The notes under the pieces were generated by a model. That model did no database searches. It worked only from the letters and a program-made list of their open reading frames with translations, and was not told the origin of the DNA. A DNA stretch of 64,000 nt from Macrostomum lignano (taxonomy: Eukaryota). Location: NCBI GenBank assembly GCA_002269645.1, contig NIVC01003425.1:1-64000 (forward strand), given 5' to 3'. A program made the position numbers and the translations under genes. The stretch's first letter is position 1. Each line of letters opens with the position of its first letter. Below are positions 54,901 to 64,000 of the stretch, in pieces.

Positions 54901-57322
54901 AGCAGATCCAAAAGCAGAAGAGAGCAGAAGTCTCTCTGACAATAAGCGGAGCAACAGGATGCAGGGAGGATCTGGATTTGAAGGCGACAAAATTAATCCA
55001 CCACTCATCAATCCCATCTTGCTCTCGCTCCTCTATCCCTCTCTGCCTTCCCATCTGCCCCAGTCTGACCTGCTGGAGACAGCCCATCAGCATTAGGCGA
55101 TCAGTGAGGCCAGGGAACAGAGACGGAAATTGAGATCAATTTCATTTCACAGGACCCTACCTCATCTAACCGGGTCGTCTGCAGTCAGGAGGAAACCAAA
55201 TCAAATTGGGCACTGGAAAACGGTTTCAACTTGCTTCCAGAACTGAGCGTTTGCTCTGATAAAACCTCGATGGCAGCAGGCAATGGGCTCGCAGTGCCAA
55301 AGTGATGCTGTGCGAATCAAGCGTGCATGAGTTTTAAATAAATAAACTCTGTAGAAGCTTTGAATCGGATGGATGTTCTAAACATAGTGGGATCCTCTGC
55401 GTTCAGGCACGAAAGCTGCAGAATTGCACCAATGCGTGTTGGATGTCAAAGACAGATTGTTGAACAAATGAGATGGGTTATTTTGCTTTCGTTTAAAAAA
55501 TTACTAATATGTGCCTTTTCCCGATTAAACCGTTACCTAGGCCAAGAAGCGTCCCAGAGTGAATTGTGTAAAGATTGGAGTCAACGTAAAATAGAAAGAA
55601 GTGACTGTAGACGACTCTAAAACGATGAGATATCACGGTACAAGTCACCAAAAAGTTATCAATGTCGCCTAAGAGTTACTTTGAACCGTTTTTATCGTGT
55701 GCGACTTTGAAACGACTCTGGGGCGACAGAAGTGACACTGAAGACTGTAGCGTCATTTAAACCGCATTTGCGCCGCTTAATGAATTAAAGCCACATCTCT
55801 TGCAAAAGTTAAGCGCCAAAACAACGATTATTGAAAAACTCACATCTCAGGTGACGCGCTTGTGACGCAACAATTGCCTCTCCGTTGCATTAGACGCATT
55901 GTAGTTGTTACAAAGTCACAAGAGTCGCCCCAAAGTCGCTAGAGTTAATTGAGTTGTTTGCTATTCTTTTTCCGGTATCGTTTTCAACGGGTTTATCTGA
56001 GATTTTCGTGCAGTTTCGTGTTCTCGGTTGAAAATGTTTCATACAACTGGCCTTGGACCCGCAGGTTTGAACCTCCCCGGAAGCCGCCGACGAACGCCTC
56101 CGTCGCCTCTGGCGCTTTCGCTTGGAAAGCCACCTCAGCTGCAGCAACAAAATCAGTCTCCGTCGCCTGCGACCGAGCCCAAGGAGGCCAAGACGGCTGA
56201 CGAACCGAAACCAAACGATGCTGAAGATCTTGATGAAGTTCTGCAAGAAGCTGAGCTATTGTACGCAATGGACGCTGCGGAGGAGGAAGCATCTAAAACA
56301 GAAAGAGGGGAAGACCCGACCCGACCCGGCCAGACTGCGGATTCTCAGGAAATGACACCTGCCAAACTCCCAGGACACACGGAGGCCTCGCAGCCGATCT
56401 CTATCGACACAGGTCTGCGTCAGCAGCGTATCAGACGCAGCAGCAGCAGCTTCAGCAACACCGACGATTCCTCGATGCCGTCTGCTTCCGCACCGACTAC
56501 AAGTGCCGCCACCGCCGCTGCCGCTGCTTCCGCGGCTTCGGGACCAATGCCATCAATGCAAGGCGCAGCCGCAATGTCTTCCACAGCCGCAACTCCGCAG
56601 TTTCCTCATCCGGCCGCTCTTGGCGCAGCTGCCGCTATAGGGAGCGCTCCGAACTCAGAGTTTCCGTTCGGCTATTTCTTTCCACCACCGCCGCCACCGC
56701 CACCGCAAATGATGATGAGCTCACAGACTCAGTCGAGACCAATCTCTCCAATGTCGCGCAGCAGCCAACAGCAGCAGCCGCAGGTGCCTTACAGCTCTTC
56801 CTATCCCGGAAACCTGTTCTTCCAGTGGATGACAGGCCAGATGATGATGCAGGCGGCCGCCGCGCAGATGCCGTACGCGGGCTTTTCGCCAGCCGACTTT
56901 TTCAACCAGTTGTACGGCCAGCACCATCCCCAGCAGCAGCAGCCGATGCCGAGCGAGCCGGATGTCAGACAGATTACTCTTGTCAAAGCTGGAGGAACTT
57001 TTGGATTGTCCGTCACGATGGCGAAACGGGAGGGCGACTTGCCCGCTGTGTTGGTCTCCGCTGTGGCCACGGGATCTCCGGCCTACCAGCAAGTGAGTAG
57101 CTATATTTAAAGTCTTATGAAAACTGATGCAGGGTTCTTTGTGTAAAACATCGTGTGTCGTTTCCCAATTGACAGGGCATTCAGCCTGGAGACGAGCTGC
57201 TGGAGCTCGAAGGCGAGAAGGTGTCCAACATGACTCTGCACCAGCTGGGCATGGCCATCCGCAACCAGAGCAAAATACGGCTCTCCATCCGAGCTAAGCA
57301 CAAGACAGACTCAACCGCCTGA
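45949..57322 (+). CDS. Harmonin/whirlin/PDZD7-family-like scaffold: N-terminal harmonin-homology (HHD/HN-like) domain, long disordered linker, C-terminal PDZ; 7 exons, ~1247 aa
   Basis: Exons 45949-45980, 48391-49009, 49229-50531, 53152-53420, 53677-54022, 56065-57092, 57176-57322; all GT-AG with consistent phases (3744 nt). LRKAAHQLLSREECETFKAALRAF...LEKIIDSPKKLSLLREIALLLP fits the HHD pattern (LLDSPVK..LL..LR..IP). ITLVKAGGTFGLSV...VLVSAVATGSPAYQQGIQPGDELLELEG is a PDZ. Confidence 0.85.
46555..46840 (-). mobile_element. Second LINE 3' fragment, same family, in intron 1 of the HHD-PDZ gene
   Basis: PSTIPCRRRFQLAGHM / YCLQPVQGILLLTLP...RTRRYVDCSLSDAGTPDTVNGPDFVRSLALR aligns with the 44320-44580 fragment; shared 3' end GACTG(A/C)GTATTTT. 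Confidence 0.68.
48391..49009 (+). CDS. HHD-PDZ gene exon 2 (harmonin-homology domain)
   Basis: cccaag acceptor; HHD motif; donor cag|gtaagc. Confidence 0.85.
49229..50531 (+). CDS. HHD-PDZ gene exon 3 (acidic/disordered)
   Basis: ccgcag acceptor phase 0; 1303-nt open frame; donor g|gtgagt phase 1. Confidence 0.8.
52470..52710. repeat. Polypurine (GA-rich) tract
   Basis: Almost pyrimidine-free on the + strand. Confidence 0.88.
52760..52990 (-). mobile_element. Possible decayed Ty3/Gypsy pol remnant (protease end)
   Basis: IHVYAPDRSNLFGHDWL resembles the retropepsin C-terminal xNLLGRDWL motif, followed by VRLWVDKLRPVRHMRP (cf. KARPVPY linker); short and degenerate. Confidence 0.33.
53152..53420 (+). 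CDS. HHD-PDZ gene exon 4
   Basis: tgtcag acceptor phase 1; donor cag|gtttga phase 0. Confidence 0.75.
53677..54022 (+). CDS. HHD-PDZ gene exon 5
   Basis: ctccag acceptor phase 0; donor a|gtgagt phase 1. Confidence 0.75.
56065..57092 (+). CDS. HHD-PDZ gene exon 6 (Pro/Gln/Met-rich; PDZ N-half)
   Basis: ccgcag acceptor phase 1; ITLVKAGGTFGLSV; donor caa|gtgagt. Confidence 0.85.
57176..57322 (+). CDS. HHD-PDZ gene terminal exon 7 (PDZ C-half)
   Basis: gacag|GIQPGDELLELEGEKVSNMTLHQLGMAIRNQSKIRLSIRAKHKTDSTA*; TGA 57320-57322. Confidence 0.88.
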   Translation, partial: GIQPGDELLELEGEKVSNMTLHQLGMAIRNQSKIRLSIRAKHKTDSTA

Positions 57323-58612
57323 GTCTAGCTGGTGTTCACGGGATTATGCATGCATAAGTCCCTACTTTGATCTGCCCCTTTGTTCTCCTGACCCGCGTCG
57401 CTGTCTCTCTTGTCTTCATTTATAGTGCAGTCACATTTAGCCTGTATAAAACCGCCAGCCACACCGCACAGCACTGGTTAATCAGTTATTCTCTTTGACA
57501 CGCTGCTCTGCGCTTAACATGCTCCGTCGTGTATTTTTACGCTATATACTACTCGTATATGTAAGTGTAGCCCTCCGCGCAGCGCTTATTCGCTATCATT
57601 TCTCTGCCGCACTAAACCCATTTTGCGAACTATTTACGGTAGTTTAAATTGAAAGCTTGATTAAATTATAGCTTGGCAGCCTGAACTGAGGACAGGTTAA
57701 TCTTATAGCTCTAATAAGGGCTGCCTATAGCATAGCCAATAAGCATTAGAGAAATCTGTGCTGGCATCCGCTGGTTTTCATACTGTTGAAAATAATCCTA
57801 CATACTAAAATGCCGCTCGCTATCTGCTAGAAATTGTTTTTGTTTCTGATAAAAAGTACAGGATGTACAATAAATTATGTTTGTTGAATAAAGCTAGATG
57901 GTCAGACAAATATGCAAGTGGTTCGGTAAGATTGGCATGACATTGCAGTAGTCCTGTGGGCATTAATTAACATGTATGATCACACTTAATTGTCTGAAAT
58001 AATTTGCAGTTTATAGGTGAATTTTTGACGCAATAAGAGATACCATACAAGTCAAATTGTGTGCGTTGTCTACTGCAATGCCAAGCCATTGAATTGTGTA
58101 GGAGTTTGTTTTGAATGAATAAAACGCCTGCAACACCTGCAAACTCCTGCTTTAGCGAAATCGCGTGGCCTATTGAACTGTTTGAATCAAAGTCAAATTT
58201 GACCAAACATAAATTTAGCTTGAGCTGACTCCAGCGAGTTGCTTTGATTCAGAAATTATCTGGGGGAATTCAATTGATGCTTGAGTTTGAATGCAGTCAG
58301 CAGCTTACGAGGCTAAATATAAATGTTAGTTACGCTATTGTAATCAGTTAATTTATTAATTAATTTGCTACTCAGCTTGGCATATCGAGGAGAATTGTTT
58401 GGCTTGATGTTTCATTGTTGGCATGGTGGCTTTTCATTCAGATTTGATTATACATGAAGTATTAGTAAAAGGTAAAGTCAGCAGTTCGATCCATGGTGTG
58501 TCGCTCAAATATGCACTGTATGTTATACTTACGTTTTAAAAGTTATACTTGCATGTTCGCATAAAAATATGAACAATACGGTCTAAGGGGGGCGCTTTTA
58601 TGTGCCAGCGGT

Positions 58613-58882
58613 CCAGGCTCGATTCCAAGTGCAGTCACATTACTTTGGGGCTAAATTGGAATCTCGGCTTGGCTCTGCTCTTGCAATAAACGCCCTTGAG
58701 GGCCAACCCCCAAGGCACAGTGAAGTGTACACGTGCCTAACGATAAATAAAGTTAGGGCCGCTGTACACTCCTGTGTGAGTTGTGTGCCCGTGCGCTTGG
58801 TGTGCCTGCTCAGGGGATTCGCCGGATGGGCAGTAATGCCTCGCCGGTTAAAGTGTGACAATGTCGCTTAAAGTGAGCCAGG
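58613..58882 (+). repeat. Dispersed SINE-like repeat, copy C
   Basis: Homologous to copies A and B; begins with B-box-like GGCTCGATTCC. Confidence 0.8.
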
Positions 58883-60286
58883 ATGCGCACAGCACTCAGC
58901 CACGCGAATCTAATAAATAAAATATGTACATGTAAATCTATATACATCACTTGTTGGAAGACCCGTTTTAGTTAACTTTCAAGTACACGTACAATTTACA
59001 TGTAGCCTACTGCTGGTAAGCTCTTGGTTGCCACATGCAGCCCGCCAATTAGCCTCTGATCTATCCGGCCATCGGGTCTTTCGAAACTTCACAATGGCAA
59101 ATCTGCGGGCGCTCAATTGGAGTCCTCTCTTATCTCCTCTCTCATCTCTTCTCTCTCCACTCATCTCTTCTCTCATCTCATGCAACTTTCCTCTTTCATC
59201 TGGCCCGCAGCCAGGCAGTAGCTAGTTTAATCTGTATCTGGCCGTAGGGTTAAAAGCACTTTGGATAGTATAGCTTTACATAATTAATTGGTTGCCATCC
59301 CTGTGGGGAGCAGTGGCGCTGGAGTTGCTTATGAGCTACACTAATTCAGTTTATTTTGGTTTATTTTGGCTAAACCCCACTGAAATTCCGATTAAACAAT
59401 GTTAATGTTTCAACGGCCTTCACAATATTCGATCATTATAGATTGCTTTCAGTGTTACATGTGCATTAAGACCCTCAATCTCAGGGAAGCAGGAGGGACA
59501 ATCGAAATTGGTTGACACGCAAGGGCATTGTGATGGCTGCCCACCGGAAAAGCAATTTGTCATTCTCAATTTTTCTCTTTGACTTGTCGTGTAGCCGGCC
59601 TCCTGTGCCAGAATCTGTAATAATTGATGATGCATGCAGCTGAGTTCACGAATTGAACTGGACCGAAGTCAATCCGTCAACACACAGCAATAGAAACATG
59701 TGATTCATAATAACAATGGACACCCATTGTATAATGATTGATATAATAATACTCATTGTACAATGAGTATAATGATAAGGTTAAACATTAACAAATGCAG
59801 AAAGGAAAGATTGAATGGAAAAACTCAATTTATCAAGCTAAGCCAAGGTTTCTAAAGCGTATGCTTTTACGCTACTTTAAGTAGCTGAATCGATTGCATA
59901 TATTTCTGTGCAAAGAAAGTAGAGTTTTTTTCGATACATATCGGAGATATAGGATACAACATACATGTACTAGTGGTAGCTGTTAAGTTTTGTGCATATA
60001 AATTTGCAAGGAATGGAATTTTACACTTCATTGGTGAAGTCTACCACTCGGCACTTTATTAATAATCGCTATTAAATTTTACCTTTTAGCTTTGAGTTGA
60101 AGTTAAAATTAAGAATAAGTCCAGACTCAAAGGAATCAAGGACGGATGCAATGGCTCAAGAAAATAAAATCGCTTTGACTAAGCCAGCTTTGTTCTTAAC
60201 TTAAAATTTATGAGCTGTTGTTGTTTTCACAATCCATCTAAAAGTCTAAAACGAATTCTGATGTCAAAATAGCAATGGAATTGTGC

Positions 60287-60291
60287 AAAAA
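60287..60291 (-). terminator. Pol III terminator (T5) of tRNA-Val
   Basis: TTTTT on the minus strand 3 nt past the tRNA 3' end. Confidence 0.75.
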
Positions 60292-60294
60292 CTA

Positions 60295-60367
60295 TGGTTC
60301 GGCCCGGGCTCGAACCGGGGACCTTCTGTGTGTGAGACAGATGTGATAACCACTACACCACCGAACC
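60295..60367 (-). tRNA. tRNA-Val-CAC: tRNA-Val (anticodon CAC)
   Basis: Reverse complement GGTTCGG-TG-GTGTAGTGGTTATCAC-A-TCTGT-CTCACAC-ACAGA-AGGTC-CCCGG-TTCGAGC-CCGGG-CCGAACC-A folds into a 73-nt cloverleaf with paired acceptor, anticodon and T stems and intact A/B boxes. Confidence 0.97.
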
Positions 60368-61294
60368 CTTACTCCTATATGTGTAGCATAGTACTTATAT
60401 TGCAGCGAATTTTGCCAGAGCAACTACTGTACCGTACACTCTACAGTGCAGTGACCTCTCATTTCAAACGCATTTTATGCACATTTCACGTTTTGCAGTA
60501 GAATAGATACAAGCTATCAATAAAGATTTTTTATAAAGTACATTATTGTCATTGATCGTGTATGATCTATATTTAATGACATTTTTTCAGTTTCTATGGT
60601 TTAAATAATGATTAGCTTTATAAGCCCAACTGCCCAACATTGGAGCAATTTCTATTTTTTGCTACTGTAAGTAGTCAAAAATAATTATTTAACGCAAAAT
60701 TCAAGCATTTAGCTTACAAACTACATGTAGAAACTAGCAAACGATTCCAATAAATAAATTTAAGCCGCAAATGCTACACAGACTACTTAGTAAATGTGTT
60801 ATAATAGGAAAACTCAGTCGCGAGTACAACGCGCGCGGGATTCTTGTATGCAACAACAAAACAAAGGTATATTTGCAGGAAAATAGACACACACAGAGAA
60901 AAAGGCATTGCAAAAAGCAGCAGCAAGCAGATTAAATGAATGGGCAAAATAAGGAGATTTTGTACAGAATGGAAACCGAAATAGTATATGTTAATGTTTG
61001 CCCAGGTAAAAAGTAAAAAATCCCAAAACATCGATAAAAGGAAAAAAACTTTACTGCCAAGGATAAAAGAAGTAAAAAAGAGAGCATTATAACAATAAAT
61101 AATGCTTTGGCTAGTAAATGTTTCTGCTCAGAAAGTTATATAATAATAGTAAAACTCAACAACGCTATGCATATAATAAAATAATTAAAATCACACAATT
61201 AAAGGCATTAAAGCTTTTTTATTATGAATAATTAAGGCTTCATCGGTCACTTGAAATTCATCTGATTTGCAAAAATGAAATCTGCAATATTGAG

Positions 61295-61333
<39 letters not shown>

Positions 61334-63549
61334 CAAATCGGTCATAATAAACAATAATAAAATCATGGAGTTTAGCAAGAAGTCATACAGCAAGTTGGTC
61401 ACCCACAGGAAACATAAGGATACAATCACAGATTCTAAAATAACAAGATGGGCCACTCAGGCAATTATACTTCGTAAATCAGCTTTCTACTTTCAGTTCA
61501 GTAGTAAGGAAGAATATATAAACTATTTTATAAAAATAAAGGCAGCTAAAATGACTTTGATAAGTTAGAAGCCCAAGCTTGCAGGCGTAAACAACTTGCT
61601 AATTGGCTTAGCAGCAATGTACAACAATGTACATTGGCCCGTCCAGAGAAATGTACATGGCAGCTTTAGGCTGGAATTCCGAGAAAGGCAATAAAATTGG
61701 GGTGGCGGGGGTGGTGTGGAAAGGCGCGATTTAGGCTGGGGTAGGAGCCAATAAAGTGAGCCTTAACTTTAAGAACATATTAAAATGCTTGTTTAACTTA
61801 CTACTGAACTGAAAGTAGCTTACACGCAAATCAAGATAAGTGGCCCAACTAGTTGTTCCAGAATCTGTCGGCACTGCCAACCTTAGATAGAAGATTTCAA
61901 ACAGATCCAAGGCATGCTAGTTCGATATCTTGAACTTGAGTCGACTAATTTTATTGTTCAAAGGAAGTAATGAATTTTATTCAAGTACAACTGGCCGCGA
62001 GACATGCATAAGCCTGCATAATTCTTTACAGTAGAAACGAGTAATAATTAACACGGCAATCAGGACCCGCTTGCGAGCCTCGGGAAGACAGGCTTAGGGA
62101 CATATCATGATTAAAAGTTGAAAATGGAACCACAAATAAACAAAATTATGTAAGTTAGCTGTATTGGTAATTTCATATTCACAGAGTCAATAAGATTTAA
62201 AGCCGGAAAACAATAAAACAATGGATGCTGCCGAAGTAAAAAAACACAATTAAAGTCAAGTCTTCTATTAAAGCAGAATTTTACACGTACAAAAAACTGC
62301 TGACCAAAAATGAAATTGCAACAAACCCCCGTAAACAGTGTTAATCCGTCATTTTAGTTTATTTTTTTCGATACAAAACTTAAACAGTCTTTGCCACAGA
62401 CAATACAATAACTGCTACTTGTTTCTCAGTAGTAAAATTAGCATTTTTTGCCTTTATTAAATTTTCCCAAGATAATTAATTTAAACTTTACCTAAAGCAG
62501 TGACATTTTCTACCTAACCTACCCCAATACGACAATGACAATTGGAGCAGTTGCAACATTTTACTCAGACAGCCGGTCTTGACAATTACGAGTAAAACAC
62601 TTGACGATCTGTGCAGTAAAGTGAGAAACCACTTCAGCAACCTGATATCTATGCATCAATATCTGTACAGACAAAAGTGAGCAAAAGCGATACGGTATTC
62701 AGTAAAGCCAAAAACTGCCGCGTGTACCGAGCGCATAAGTCAGATTTTTGGAAGACACAAAAAGACGCAATAAAACTTCTCTACAATAGAGTTAAGATTC
62801 AGTTGGCCACGAAAACACACTACTGTCAGTAGGCCAGCACACTATTCATATTTACAGACGCAGGTCAGTGAATTAATCTGGTAAAGGACAGAAGGCAACG
62901 TGTACGGTAATTTTCTGAATAGAAGTCATCAAAGGACTATTTAACAGTTGGAAGGGTTGGGCGCACTACTTACTCGGCAGTAGTATAGCCAATAGCCCAT
63001 CGTTTCAAAAAAGGAGAGAGAAAAGCTCACCCCGGATTGGCAACCAGTACTAAAACCAAAAAAGTCTTATTGACACAATATAAGCCAACTGCGCTACTGT
63101 TCAGTAGGCAGCCTGCGCATTTTACAATCTAAAAAATCAAAACACCAAGGAAAACAAAGAAATTAAGATTTATAAATATGCGTGGAAAAATAATAAAATA
63201 AGGAAATTGGGATTACATGAGATTCAGTAAAACGGGATAACGGTTGATGGGGCAGTGAAAGGTGGTTTACATGCGGGGATGTATATATGAATATATCAAA
63301 TGTATATATTAATATCAAAAACACTTCAATAAAAGGTTGTTAGGCTTTAATGAATATAATTAACCATTTTTGTCAATAACAAGGCAAAATTTGTCCGGAA
63401 GACTTGAAATTTACCAAGTAAATTCAGAAATAATTCCGACAGCAACACGGTGTTGAGAGAACCGATTCATTAGTCATTAATTTTCCTCTCTAGGCAAGCT
63501 TTTCGGCGCAATATGGAACTTTTGTTGTGTTGGAAGTTGTTTGCTCAAA

Positions 63550-63910
63550 ATGGGACTTGGCGGCACAGATCAAAGGACTGAGGAAGGGTGGACTTGGCGG
63601 CACAGATCAAAGGACTGAGGAAGGGTGGACTTGGCGGCACAGATCAAAGGACTGAGGAAGGTTAGACTTGCCGGCAAAGATCAAAGGACTGAGGAAGGTT
63701 AGACTTGCCGGCAAAGATCAAAGGACTGAGGAAGGTTAGACTTGCCGGCAAAGATCAAAGGACTAAGGGTAGACTTGGCGGCACAGATCAAAGGACTGAG
63801 GAAGGTTAGACTTGGCGGCACAGATCAAAGGACTAAGGGTGGACTTGGCGGCACAGATCAAAGGACTGAGGAAGGGTGAACTTGGCGGCACAGATCAAAG
63901 GACTGAGGAA
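63550..63910. repeat. 37-bp minisatellite (GACTTGGCGGCACAGATCAAAGGACTGAGGAAGGGTG)
   Basis: About 10 head-to-tail units with no unique spacers. Confidence 0.94.
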
Positions 63911-64000
63911 GAAAAACAAAATGACAAACAGAAACTACAGGCCTGCAATCCCAGACTGAGTAGACAATCTGACAGACTACAGTTTCCATCCCATCAGGCT

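Noticed and set aside
60400-63540. AT-rich, A-skewed tract that might be the 3' UTR of a minus-strand gene beyond the window
   Set aside because: No coding exon or anchored poly(A) site visible within the window.
63550-63910. 37-bp repeat with CRISPR-like unit length
   Set aside because: Units are head-to-tail with no unique spacers, there are no cas genes, and the context is eukaryotic; ordinary minisatellite.

Overview
Eukaryotic (metazoan) genomic DNA. The GC-rich, Ala/Gln-rich exons and the introns packed with simple repeats are most consistent with a flatworm such as Macrostomum; that is inference only. No prokaryotic features, CRISPR arrays or rRNA were seen. Three protein-coding genes can be assembled by hand from homology and GT-AG phase logic. 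(1) A 20-exon RasGRF gene (+, 6433-35854, ~1650 aa; PH-coiled coil-IQ-DH-PH-REM-Cdc25). All splice phases are consistent except the last intron. (2) An intronless RIM-binding-protein-like gene (-, 39046-41865, 939 aa; coiled coil + one FN3 + one SH3). (3) A 7-exon harmonin/whirlin-like gene (+, 45949-57322, ~1247 aa; N-terminal harmonin-homology domain + one C-terminal PDZ). There is also a tRNA-Val(CAC) gene (-, 60295-60367), four copies of a hAT-like MITE, LINE and Gypsy remnants, a three-copy SINE-like repeat and about 25 micro/minisatellites. The most unusual observation is that several RasGRF intronic tandem arrays look like amplified splice signals. One array is 24 tandem copies of the exon 6 donor junction. 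Others consist of acceptor-like units (introns 3 and 8) or branch-point-like units (intron 9). Whether this is functional or a by-product of slippage cannot be decided from sequence alone.
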